Virus record (IMG/VR): IMGVR_UViG_3300031975_000839
Reading direction: 5' to 3' (one strand)
Length of the DNA: 64,000 nucleotides
From: an uncultured virus (IMG/VR IMGVR_UViG_3300031975_000839)
Lineage: Duplodnaviria; Heunggongvirae; Uroviricota; Caudoviricetes
Every line of letters begins with the position of its first letter. Position 1 is the first letter of the stretch. Under the pieces are notes generated by a model, which did not search any database, had not been told where the DNA came from, and saw only the letters and a program-made list of their open reading frames with translations. Made by a program: the position numbers and the translations under genes. This document shows positions 39,419 through 48,595 of this stretch, piece by piece.

Positions 39419-39933
39419 TCATTATTATCTAAACATGCAGTTCCACGCATTTGTTTAATGTTTTTATCTACTTGAACATCTGTTACAAATTCTCTACAAT
39501 CTCCATTAGTAACAGTTGGCATTGCATTTACTACCATATTTTTTGTTGGGTGATACCAAGTAGAACTTTGCCCATCACGATTATAATTTAGTGAATCTCT
39601 CAAAACCATAGTCGCATGAATTTGGTCTATCTTATCTAAAGTATTACCAACACCATGTCCAACCACTAAACCAACAACAGCTGCAGTCGCAACAATTAAA
39701 GGGTCATCGGTAGATGTTGCAATTGCGGCTGCGATTGCAGAACCACCTATCGCACCATAGTCTGCTTTAAGCATTTGTTTTTTTGGTGCCCAATGTCCCT
39801 TGCCTGGAATATAGAAATCACCAGAGTTGCACATTGGCTCACAACTATAATCTCTAACTCCACTCGGTGCAAATCCACCTATCCCAGCACAACCAGTTAA
39901 TAAAACTAACATCATAACTAAAATAATTCTCAT
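39394..39933 (-). CDS. glycine-zipper lipoprotein (17-kDa surface antigen-like)
   Basis: Lipobox LTGC, Gly/Ala zipper, CREF...GTAC...W. Confidence 0.8.
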   Translation of the reverse strand: MRIILVMMLVLLTGCAGIGGFAPSGVRDYSCEPMCNSGDFYIPGKGHWAPKKQMLKADYGAIGGSAIAAAIATSTDDPLIVATAAVVGLVVGHGVGNTLDKIDQIHATMVLRDSLNYNRDGQSSTWYHPTKNMVVNAMPTVTNGDCREFVTDVQVDKNIKQMRGTACLDNNEWKLKEIY

Positions 39934-40041
39934 GTCTACTCCACTAAATAATTTTTATGTTTACGATGTCTTTCAATTTTTTTTGTTTTGTCTTGAAAGA
40001 CACCACACTTATTAAACAACCAACCAAACTTTGCAACTGGA

Positions 40042-40656
40042 TTAAGTTTGCTCAAGTTTTGCACTTTCTTGGATTTCTCTTTTATTTTCTTCAATTTCTT
40101 CCTCTAATTCTTTCCAAGCATCGGTCGCTTTAAGTTTAGAATATGCAAGATTGTTCTTTCTTAATCTATTTACTATAACTTTACGAGCTTCTTTTTCAGA
40201 ATATGTTAATAAAATAAATGCACGAAATTGTGTTCCTGATGCAAAAACTTCAACATTTGTTGGCGTGTAACCAGCAACATCAACTTCTGCAATCAAATTT
40301 TTCGCAACTTTTTCTACCTCTGTTAAAACTTCACTATCTAAATCGTCTTGTCCAACTTTTGCAATAAATGTTTTCATCATTGCATCAAGTTTACCATTGA
40401 TTCTATCTGCAAGAGTAGTCTTTGCGTTCATAGTTGCAATGTCTACTGCAAGTTGTAAATCTGGTGCAACACCAGTTCCAGTAGAGTAAACATTTTCTTC
40501 ATCTTTTGGTATTTCTAAAAACCATTTAGGAATCTGACTTATTGCAGTTTCAACCTTTTTAGTTTTATAATCTACACTTTTCACATCAATTGGTGGTTTA
40601 TTTGCACAACCAACTAAACCAACCACACCTAATAATAATATACTAATTGCTTTCAT
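40042..40656 (-). CDS. LPP20-like lipoprotein
   Basis: Lipobox LVGC, IPKWF, A-x-x-x-A-K-x-x-L-A. Confidence 0.75.
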   Translation of the reverse strand: MKAISILLLGVVGLVGCANKPPIDVKSVDYKTKKVETAISQIPKWFLEIPKDEENVYSTGTGVAPDLQLAVDIATMNAKTTLADRINGKLDAMMKTFIAKVGQDDLDSEVLTEVEKVAKNLIAEVDVAGYTPTNVEVFASGTQFRAFILLTYSEKEARKVIVNRLRKNNLAYSKLKATDAWKELEEEIEENKREIQESAKLEQT

Positions 40657-40782
40657 TTTTAATATCCTCTAATTTTTCAATTGCAACATCAACACTACCA
40701 GAATTAATAATGTAACTTTTTAACTCTGGCCCCATATCGTATAGTAGAAAACCTACTGCCATACCCATAATAAATTTAATCA

Positions 40783-41229
40783 TTACTTGCACATCTCCAT
40801 TTTAAGTTTTTGTTTACCCTGACCACGAATCAAGACATCCATATACGCAATTGTACATGAACTTTTAGATTTTGTCAAGTCCTTTTTAGAACAATTTAGT
40901 TCTCTCTTACTTTTAAGAGTTTCAGGTATCACTTCTCGCATAATACTTAATTTTGCACGATTTTCTGCTTTAGAGCAAGCTTCTGTTTCTGACATATCTG
41001 GGCCAAATACATATTCGCCAGATGAGGGATACCATTTTCTTTTAATACGAGCATCTATCTTAATTCTACATTTTCTCGTATCTTCAATGTATGGAAAAAC
41101 TGTTTGTTTAACTATTCTTACTGATTCAATACTACCTTGAAATATTATTTCATCATCACTTTTATATTCACAAGATTGTAAATCAACTGTCCTTATCAAA
41201 AGAACTATTGCTATCAACCATTTCATCAT
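40783..41229 (-). CDS. hypothetical secreted protein
   Basis: Signal peptide, six Cys. Confidence 0.6.
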   Translation of the reverse strand: MMKWLIAIVLLIRTVDLQSCEYKSDDEIIFQGSIESVRIVKQTVFPYIEDTRKCRIKIDARIKRKWYPSSGEYVFGPDMSETEACSKAENRAKLSIMREVIPETLKSKRELNCSKKDLTKSKSSCTIAYMDVLIRGQGKQKLKMEMCK

Positions 41230-41401
41230 TAACCTTTATTAAGTTTCTATCTTTATCAATTTGAACATAACCCTCTTTAATAAGAATATCTATTGTTGCC
41301 TCTGATATTTTCTCACTTGAGATTCTATTTTCATATCTACCCCAAAGATACGCACAAAATGTGCATAAAAGGGTAAATAGTGTTAATTCTATTGGACTCA
41401 T
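41183..41401 (-). CDS. small membrane protein
   Basis: N-terminal TM; TIDILIKEGYV. Confidence 0.6.
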   Translation of the reverse strand: MSPIELTLFTLLCTFCAYLWGRYENRISSEKISEATIDILIKEGYVQIDKDRNLIKVNDEMVDSNSSFDKDS

Positions 41402-41610
41402 TAAATGTTACCTCTCAATGATTCAAAATGTCTGTCTTTAGGTTCTGATGACAAATCTTTAAAATCATACTTAGATTTATACCAATGTTGAAAACATTTA
41501 GAATAGAAATCACTTCTTCTTTCTATACCCCAACTTTGTATCAAAGTATGAGCTTCAGCACTTGTTTCACAATTCTGTAACTCAATGTCCATATCTGAAA
41601 ATGCACCCAT
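41401..41610 (-). CDS. hypothetical protein
   Basis: AGGAG SD. Confidence 0.6.
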   Translation of the reverse strand: MGAFSDMDIELQNCETSAEAHTLIQSWGIERRSDFYSKCFQHWYKSKYDFKDLSSEPKDRHFESLRGNI

Positions 41611-41624
41611 ATAATCTCCTTATG

Positions 41625-41870
41625 TTATTTTCTATAAATTGCAAATGTTTTTGCATCTCTCTTTAAACAATTTGATGCAAATGCGTCATATCTAGGGCCT
41701 CTAAAACGGATTCTATACTTCCTACCAGTTATTGCAGTTGATTTTGCAAGGCAAGACTTTATATAATCTAGGTAATCAATTGGAATACCCTTAAATAAAG
41801 ATCTTTCTGTGGTATTTGACTCGTAGTTCCCTAAATCAAACATATCATTTCCTTTCAAATTGTTAACCAT
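41625..41870 (-). CDS. hypothetical early protein
   Basis: FKGIP, RIRFRGPR; first gene after a promoter. Confidence 0.65.
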   Translation of the reverse strand: MVNNLKGNDMFDLGNYESNTTERSLFKGIPIDYLDYIKSCLAKSTAITGRKYRIRFRGPRYDAFASNCLKRDAKTFAIYRK

Positions 41871-41877
41871 TAACTAT

Positions 41878-41947
41878 ATGTTATCAAAACAATTGTCATT
41901 TGTCAATAGATTGTACAAAAAAAGATTCTTTTAAAATCAACTACTTA
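41878..41947 (-). promoter_or_regulatory. sigma70 promoter with upstream IHF-consensus box
   Basis: TTGACA(41901-06)-17-TAACAT; AATCAACTACTTA 41935-47. Confidence 0.72.
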
Positions 41948-42282
41948 GATACAGAATCATGTAATTTTACAAAATATTCTGCATCTACAAGTGCAAGTGG
42001 CTTTGAATTGTTCCTTTTGAGAATAACTACTGGCTCATGGTCTTTTGAATTTTGTTGTGCTTGATTGTAAGATTCCCATACATTAATTTTCTCTTGATTT
42101 TTACATTCTACTGAATATGGGAATTTTTCTCTTGCAGCTCTAGCCATAATTAAATCCTCACCACCAGCTCCCATTGAGCGACTTTCAATATCCTCTGGGT
42201 GAATATTTAACTTTTCTATCAATAAATCACGAAACCATTGCTGTAATCTACGACCTTTTGCTTTAGCTGATTGGGTCTTCAT
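41941..42282 (-). CDS. PD-(D/E)XK Holliday-junction-resolvase-like nuclease
   Basis: SAKAKGRRLQ, GEDL, SVECKNQE. Confidence 0.75.
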   Translation of the reverse strand: MKTQSAKAKGRRLQQWFRDLLIEKLNIHPEDIESRSMGAGGEDLIMARAAREKFPYSVECKNQEKINVWESYNQAQQNSKDHEPVVILKRNNSKPLALVDAEYFVKLHDSVSK

Positions 42283-42445
42283 CTTCTATCTCATCAGTAT
42301 TTTCTTCATCAATCTGTTCGCCACAAAACGGACAATATTGTATTATATATGGTTCTTCTAAATCATGCTTAATAATATAATCTGCCTCACAATGTGAGCA
42401 ATAAAATATTATTTTCATTGCATCCTTTGATACGCATCTTCCCAA
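42263..42445 (-). CDS. small zinc-ribbon protein
   Basis: CSHC...CPFCG, acidic tail. Confidence 0.65.
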   Translation of the reverse strand: MGRCVSKDAMKIIFYCSHCEADYIIKHDLEEPYIIQYCPFCGEQIDEENTDEIEDEDPIS

Positions 42446-43653
42446 CTTCCAGTTAAACCAGCAACTTCATATTCTGTTACACGATTCTCAAAGAAATTAG
42501 TATGATCTGCACCATTCAATACCCATTCTAGCCATGGCAAAGGATTCTCTTTTACCTTAAAGTTAGTTTTTAAACCTAATTGAAGCAATCTTCTGTCCGT
42601 TATATATCTAATATATTTTTTAACTTCCTCAGATTCAAGGCCTTCAATGTTACCCATTTTATATGCAAGGTCAATAAACTTATCTTCAAGCTTAACAACA
42701 TCACGAGCCATCTGATATATCTCTAATTTGAAATCATCATTGATAAGTTTAGGGTGCTCTGAGCAAAATGTTCTAAACAGTTTAGAATTACCCTCAACAT
42801 GCATAGATTCATCACGAATAGACCATTCTACAACTTTACCCATTCCTTTCATCTTTCCATATCTTTGAAAGTTAAGTAACATCACAAACGATGCAAATAA
42901 AGCTACACCCTCATTAAATACAGATTTTGCAAGTGCAAGTGCGAGTCCTCTATGAGTTGTTACATCTGACTTTTGCATATATTCAATTTTGTCTGCCATT
43001 TCTTTGTATTCTAAAAATGCGTGATACTCCTCATCTGGTAAACCAAGAGTGTCATTTAAAAGTGCATATGCTCTTTGATGAACACCTTCTCTTGATGCGA
43101 ATGAGCCCATCATATTACGAACTTCATTATTTTTAAATTTAGGAATAAACTGATCGTAATAGTTTTGCCCAACTGCAACATCTGACTGTGTAAATAATCT
43201 TAGAATATTTGTTATATAATCTTTTTCTACTTCAGTCATTTTATTACTTTTCCAATCAGTTACATCTTCTGATAAATCAATCTCATCTTCAATCCAATGA
43301 GCTTTCTCATGTCTTGTTGTTAGTTCTACTGCAAATGGATAGTAAAATGGTTTATAGGTTTGTGATGTTTGAAAAAGTCCACCGCCTCTTTTTTTAAGAA
43401 TTTTTTCTTGCTGTTTAATTAATTCGTTATATCCACCAACTCTTTCTCCATCAATAAAAATTTGTGGAACACTTCCAACTTTTTCTTTTGCACCTAATTG
43501 TTCTTGCACATTATTAATTCTTTGATAAAACGCAAGGCGTTCTTCTTCATCGTCCATACAATGCTCATTGTAATCTATAATGTGTTCGTTAAACCATTTT
43601 TTTGCTTCTACACAAAATGGGCAATCTGTTTTTGTATAAATTTGTACTTCCAT
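42415..43653 (-). CDS. nrdB: ribonucleotide reductase class Ia beta subunit with N-terminal glutaredoxin domain
   Basis: CPFC, VPQIFIDG.. GGY; then FTQSD, REGVHQRAY, RDESMH, NFFENRVTEY. Confidence 0.95.
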   Translation of the reverse strand: MEVQIYTKTDCPFCVEAKKWFNEHIIDYNEHCMDDEEERLAFYQRINNVQEQLGAKEKVGSVPQIFIDGERVGGYNELIKQQEKILKKRGGGLFQTSQTYKPFYYPFAVELTTRHEKAHWIEDEIDLSEDVTDWKSNKMTEVEKDYITNILRLFTQSDVAVGQNYYDQFIPKFKNNEVRNMMGSFASREGVHQRAYALLNDTLGLPDEEYHAFLEYKEMADKIEYMQKSDVTTHRGLALALAKSVFNEGVALFASFVMLLNFQRYGKMKGMGKVVEWSIRDESMHVEGNSKLFRTFCSEHPKLINDDFKLEIYQMARDVVKLEDKFIDLAYKMGNIEGLESEEVKKYIRYITDRRLLQLGLKTNFKVKENPLPWLEWVLNGADHTNFFENRVTEYEVAGLTGSWEDAYQRMQ

Positions 43654-43661
43654 TTTTTCCC

Positions 43662-45422
43662 CTATCCTTGACAAGCAACACAGTCATCTTCTTCTGTGTT
43701 TTTGTAATCTACTAATTTATCTAACTCTACTTTTTCTGCAACATTCTCGGCACGCTGAGATGTTTCAGTTCTTAAATAATATAATCCCTTGCACTCTGTT
43801 TCCCATGCTCTCATGTGAACTTTATGTAAATAACTTTTTGTTGCACCAGCTGGAAAGAAAAGATTAAGTGATTGTCCTTGACATAAAAACTTCTGTCTAT
43901 CTCCACCTTGCTCTACTAAAACTTTCTGATTAATTTCTATCGCAGTTTTAAATACTTCTTTAACTTCATTATCTAAAAATTCTAATTGCTGAACAGAGCC
44001 ACCATTTGTAATAATTGAAGTCCAAACTTCTGGTGTATTCATGTTGACTTTAATTAATTCTTCTTCAAGGTACTTGTTCTTAATTAAATGTGAACCAGCT
44101 CTTGTTCTATGCGTGTATGCGTTTGCTTTGTGTGGCTCAATTGATGGAGAACAACTTACAATCATTGAACTATTTGCATTTGGAGCAATAGCAAGTAAAT
44201 GTGCATTTCTTCTACCAGTTCCTTTCATATCTGGTGCTTCACCACGCTCTTTTGCAAGTATCTCTGTTTCTTCTACTGCATCTCTTTTAATCTTTGCAAA
44301 TATTTCTGTGTTTAAAATTGCAGCTGCATCAGAATCAAACGCAATACGATGTTTTTGGTAGTAAGAGTGTAAACCCATTGCACCCAATCCAAGACTTCTT
44401 TCTTGTATTGCAGAGTATTTTGCACGCTTTACTGTGTCTGGTGCGTGTCCAATAAAAAATTGTAACACATTATCCAAGAAACGAATTAAGTCTTGCACAA
44501 TTCGTGTATCTTTCCATTCATCATACTTTTCTAAATTAAGTGATGATAAGCAACAAACTGCTGTTCTTTCTTCGTTTGTAGGTAAATGTATTTCATTACA
44601 TAAATTTGAGCCATGAATTTTAAGTCCTTTTTCTTTCATTGATTCTGGTAAATAACGATTTGCAGTATCAATAAAATTAAGATAAGGCTCACCAGTTCTA
44701 AATCTTGTTTCTAATATTGTTTCCCATATCTTACGAGCTTTCAGTGTTTCTCTAACAGACTTATCATTGGGGTCAAGTAGATTCCAATCTGTATCATCTC
44801 TAACAGCTTTCATAAAGTCATCTGTAATATTAACTGCGTGATGTAGATTTAAGCACTTTCTTCCAACATCACCTGTTGGTATACGAATAGATAAAAACTC
44901 AATGATGTCTGGGTGCGATATGTCTAAGTAAGCTGCATAAGAACCTTTACGAGTTTTACCTTGACGATACGCAGTCATGTCTGCATCTACTGTGTGTAAA
45001 AATGGAATAGGGCCAGGGGCAATATCAGATACTGAACGAACTGCACTCCAGTGTCCACCAACACCACCACCTTTAACTGCTAACCATCTCAATTCAGAAG
45101 TGTGGTCAATCAATCCATCTAATGAATCAGGAACATATGCAAGAAAACATGATATTGGTAATGCCTTTACTTTTTCTTTAGGTAAAGGTGCGTTTGATAA
45201 AACTGGTGATGAATACATAAACCACCCTTGTGATGCGTAGTCATAAATTCTTTGAGCAAGTCCTTTATCATCAAAAGAATAAGCATAAGCAGCTCTAGCA
45301 AATGCCATCTGTGGTGAAGTTTCATCACCTCTGCAATAATAATCTTTTAATAATTTTTGGGCTTGTTCTGAAAGAAGTTTATCACGATCTTCATTAATTT
45401 TTATTCCTAAATATTTTTTCAT
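43662..45422 (-). CDS. nrdA: ribonucleotide reductase class Ia alpha subunit (no obvious ATP-cone)
   Basis: ISCF, SNLCNEI, APNANSS, KGLYYLR, C-terminal CVAC. Confidence 0.96.
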   Translation of the reverse strand: MKKYLGIKINEDRDKLLSEQAQKLLKDYYCRGDETSPQMAFARAAYAYSFDDKGLAQRIYDYASQGWFMYSSPVLSNAPLPKEKVKALPISCFLAYVPDSLDGLIDHTSELRWLAVKGGGVGGHWSAVRSVSDIAPGPIPFLHTVDADMTAYRQGKTRKGSYAAYLDISHPDIIEFLSIRIPTGDVGRKCLNLHHAVNITDDFMKAVRDDTDWNLLDPNDKSVRETLKARKIWETILETRFRTGEPYLNFIDTANRYLPESMKEKGLKIHGSNLCNEIHLPTNEERTAVCCLSSLNLEKYDEWKDTRIVQDLIRFLDNVLQFFIGHAPDTVKRAKYSAIQERSLGLGAMGLHSYYQKHRIAFDSDAAAILNTEIFAKIKRDAVEETEILAKERGEAPDMKGTGRRNAHLLAIAPNANSSMIVSCSPSIEPHKANAYTHRTRAGSHLIKNKYLEEELIKVNMNTPEVWTSIITNGGSVQQLEFLDNEVKEVFKTAIEINQKVLVEQGGDRQKFLCQGQSLNLFFPAGATKSYLHKVHMRAWETECKGLYYLRTETSQRAENVAEKVELDKLVDYKNTEEDDCVACQG

Positions 45423-46407
45423 TTGTTTCTACTTTCTTCCAAAATACAAATCTTGTTTTTGCGTGAACACCGCTAAAAGTGTTCTCTTTAATTATTTTAT
45501 AAATATCACCCCTTGTCATTCCTGACAAGACCATATCATTAATGTCTTTTTGTTTGACATCATTAGGCCAAAGAACAACACTATAGCCTCTGTTTATTGT
45601 TTTTTCAATTTGTTTTAATACTTCTTTGTTTCTTCTGTCATTATCAAAAATAATTATAGTATTAAGTGGCAAACTTGTAAACTCTGCACCAGCAACAGCC
45701 ACACAGTTATCTAAAAACAAACTATCAATTGGGCCTTCTACTGCATATAGTGGTTTGTCTTTTTTAACTCTGTTTAAACCATAAATTTTGTTTTTTGTTG
45801 AATCAAGAATAATAGTTATATACTTAGGAGTTTCATTACCGAATGACCTACCTTGTAACGCAAACATCTTACCTTTTTCATCAAAGAATGGTATTACTAA
45901 TCTTGGGTGATCGTTTTGTAAACTGGAGAATTTGTTCGGTATGATTGTGTTAACCCATTCATAAAATTTTGGTGCAAAGTACAATTCATAATGAAACTTT
46001 GATGGTATTTTTCTTTTTTGAACAAATTTCTTTACAACATGAGTCCATTCTAGTTGAGATATTCGTTTGAGTTGTTTAAGTGGGGTTTCTCCTTGAGTAA
46101 TTTTAGATTTTCTGACTTCAACTTCAGATACATTTTCAACCTTCTTGTATCGTTCCATTATATAGTCATTATGAATCTTTGAGTCTACATATTTTAAAAA
46201 ATTTGTAAAACTCGCACCTTTTCCACAGTTATGACACTTATATATTAAATCCATGTCTTTACGAAAGATAAACCCACGAGCCTTTGTTTGTGATTTCTGT
46301 GAATCACCACAATATGGGCAACGAAAGTTATATAGGAAATCCCCTTTCTTTTTAAATTGAGAAAGTTGGGAAGATACTATTGATAGGTATTTTTGTTGAA
46401 TATACAT
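45394..46407 (-). CDS. 61: DNA primase gp61
   Basis: RCPYCGDS, KCHNCG, VEGPIDS, FDND, KDINDM. Confidence 0.95.
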   Translation of the reverse strand: MYIQQKYLSIVSSQLSQFKKKGDFLYNFRCPYCGDSQKSQTKARGFIFRKDMDLIYKCHNCGKGASFTNFLKYVDSKIHNDYIMERYKKVENVSEVEVRKSKITQGETPLKQLKRISQLEWTHVVKKFVQKRKIPSKFHYELYFAPKFYEWVNTIIPNKFSSLQNDHPRLVIPFFDEKGKMFALQGRSFGNETPKYITIILDSTKNKIYGLNRVKKDKPLYAVEGPIDSLFLDNCVAVAGAEFTSLPLNTIIIFDNDRRNKEVLKQIEKTINRGYSVVLWPNDVKQKDINDMVLSGMTRGDIYKIIKENTFSGVHAKTRFVFWKKVETNEKIFRNKN

Positions 46408-46415
46408 TGTGTAAT

Positions 46416-46444
46416 ATCATACACTAATGTATACTATTAGTCAA
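46416..46444 (-). promoter_or_regulatory. sigma70-type promoter for primase
   Basis: TTGACT-17-TATGAT, 8 nt before ATG. Confidence 0.72.
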
Positions 46445-46905
46445 CCCCAGACTGGAAGTTTTTGTATGATAAAACCTAAAACGATAGAGCCACCAATGAT
46501 AATCCATCTCCACTTTTCTAGCACACCCACACGACTAGATACTTCATCTTTAAGTCTATCTATTACATCTTTTTGTTCTTTGTGCTGCTGTGTCATAAGT
46601 GCAGTTAATTCTTTTGTATTAGTAGTAATACGAGAATGTAATTCTTTTATGTCAGATGTAAATTCTTGAACACTTCTTTGCTGTGATTCTTCTTGCTGTG
46701 TAATTTTTTCTTCGTGAACTGCAAGTAAACGATTAATACAATTTGAAAAGTCTGTTATTTTCTCTATTGCAGTATCAAGACGAACATGAATTTGCTTCAT
46801 GTCTGCGATTTCTTTTTTAAGAAGTTCAAGTTCTATTTGTGTGTTTACATCTGATTGTGCCATTGTTACCCCTAGTGTCAAAAAATTGTTAAGTAAATAG
46901 TACAT
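46441..46905 (-). CDS. coiled-coil protein with C-terminal TM helix
   Basis: LAVHEEK, LEKWRWIIIGG; likely start at MAQSD. Confidence 0.65.
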   Translation of the reverse strand: MYYLLNNFLTLGVTMAQSDVNTQIELELLKKEIADMKQIHVRLDTAIEKITDFSNCINRLLAVHEEKITQQEESQQRSVQEFTSDIKELHSRITTNTKELTALMTQQHKEQKDVIDRLKDEVSSRVGVLEKWRWIIIGGSIVLGFIIQKLPVWG

Positions 46906-46918
46906 GCAATAACTATAC

Positions 46919-47164
46919 CTACTCTAACTTTTTGATTCTCTCCTCTAACTCCTCCATCTTTTTTGCAACATTAGGGTATTTCTTTTTCCACTTATCTTCA
47001 GATTTTAAAACTTCAAACCCATATCTATTTGCAGCCCAATTGTAAATGTTTTCCATCTTCTTATGAAACCATCTACCCATTGCAGTTTTTTCAAACCACT
47101 TTGAAGTTGCATTTCCTAGTATACTACCAGCTATGCTTTTAGTAGCCCATGCAACCCAAAACAT
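46919..47164 (-). CDS. hypothetical protein
   Basis: Coupled ORF in the lysis-associated run. Confidence 0.6.
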   Translation of the reverse strand: MFWVAWATKSIAGSILGNATSKWFEKTAMGRWFHKKMENIYNWAANRYGFEVLKSEDKWKKKYPNVAKKMEELEERIKKLE

Positions 47165-47637
47165 TAGATTTTTCTTGGTGCAGAACTATTGATTGCCCAA
47201 CGCCCGAATAATCTTACTGCATTATAAGCAGACCATATTTTCCATTTTGGAACTTTTGGCTCAGCAGATTCCATTCCCTCTTTGAAAACATCATCTGCAA
47301 TTTTTCTATATTTTTCTCTATCATATTTTGTGAATATTTTACCATCTTTGTATGCAGTATTTATTTTTTCGTATAAAATATCATGCACAACAGCTGCTCT
47401 TGCAACATCAAATGGTGCGATAAATGCCCAACAAAAACGAGGAACAGATGCTAAGTCTGTAATATATCCTTTTGGAACACTAATTACATTTTTCTTTGTT
47501 ACTTGTATACCACAATATTTAAGCATATCTCTATCATTATCTGATAATGTATCAGAGTCAAACTTAAGTGCAGTATCTAAAGTCCAGTTGCGTGGTGGAT
47601 TAAATTTTGCATCTAATAAATTATGGAACTTTCCCAT
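47164..47637 (-). CDS. DUF1353-like protein
   Basis: VPKGYITDLASVP, AAVVHDILY, AVRLFG. Confidence 0.8.
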   Translation of the reverse strand: MGKFHNLLDAKFNPPRNWTLDTALKFDSDTLSDNDRDMLKYCGIQVTKKNVISVPKGYITDLASVPRFCWAFIAPFDVARAAVVHDILYEKINTAYKDGKIFTKYDREKYRKIADDVFKEGMESAEPKVPKWKIWSAYNAVRLFGRWAINSSAPRKI

Positions 47638-48016
47638 TTGTTTTTTCCTTTGGTTTTACCGCTTCTTCATAATATATGATTATTTCTTTTTGTTGTTTTA
47701 TATATCTTTTTATATCTTCCATGTTAAGTGCAAGTCTTTCAAATGACTCAACTTCCATAACATAGAACACCCAATCAGGCCCATTGTTTTCTTCATACTG
47801 CTTAACTAATTCATCAACATTTTGTGAGGTTACAACTTTCCAAGTTACTTTACCTAATTTAAGTGGCCTTGGACTTTGCTGTATTGGTATTTGTTTCTCT
47901 ACCTCTACTGTTTTAACGATTATTTCTTTTTCTGGTTTTCTAAATAATGCACACCCACTACTGAATAACAGAAGTAATAGACTCAAGATCGTTAAACATC
48001 TCATCAGTACCATCAT
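47621..48016 (-). CDS. putative o-spanin (Rz1-like lipoprotein)
   Basis: Lipobox SSGC; overlaps the i-spanin candidate. Confidence 0.65.
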   Translation of the reverse strand: MMVLMRCLTILSLLLLLFSSGCALFRKPEKEIIVKTVEVEKQIPIQQSPRPLKLGKVTWKVVTSQNVDELVKQYEENNGPDWVFYVMEVESFERLALNMEDIKRYIKQQKEIIIYYEEAVKPKEKTNGKVP

Positions 48017-48341
48017 TTATCCTTTTCTCTATTTCTATAGGGTTAACCATAGATTCTTTTTTCAAGTTTATCTCTTGTAATCTTGTGAGTAATCTTTCTC
48101 TTGACTCCTCTGCTCTACTTAGTTTACCTTGTAAACTTTGATTTAAATCATTTAATCTTGCAGTTTCAACTCGCATACTTCGTACAACTTGCTCGTTTTC
48201 TTTTGCAACAACTTCTAGTTTTGCGTTATTCTGTTGTAGTGTTGCAATGCGTTTTTGTGCATCTTGGTAAAAATAAAATCCACCATAAACAATACCACCA
48301 ATCAATCCAACAACTGCAATTGTTAAATATACTCTAATCAT
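47958..48341 (-). CDS. putative i-spanin (Rz-like)
   Basis: N-terminal TM followed by a long coiled coil. Confidence 0.65.
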   Translation of the reverse strand: MIRVYLTIAVVGLIGGIVYGGFYFYQDAQKRIATLQQNNAKLEVVAKENEQVVRSMRVETARLNDLNQSLQGKLSRAEESRERLLTRLQEINLKKESMVNPIEIEKRINDGTDEMFNDLESITSVIQ

Positions 48342-48595
48342 TCGTTATTGATTGCATCTAACTGCTGTTGTGTTGGTTGTGCTAATGTTGGGTGATTCCA
48401 TGAATCAATGTAATCATTACCAACTTTTACCTTTCCATCTGGTGGACTTTTACCATCATTTCTCAAAACTATACTTCCATTATTAAAACCATCTGCTCTA
48501 AAATCTGAGTTACTAATTGTTTCATAAAGAACTTTTATTTTTCCCGCTAATGTCATACTTGTACTCCTGCTCTTAATAGATAACCACACAACCAA
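48338..48595 (-). CDS. XkdW-like tail fibre accessory protein
   Basis: YIDSWNHPTLAQPTQQQL; follows a fibre gene. Confidence 0.6.
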   Translation of the reverse strand: MVVWLSIKSRSTSMTLAGKIKVLYETISNSDFRADGFNNGSIVLRNDGKSPPDGKVKVGNDYIDSWNHPTLAQPTQQQLDAINNE

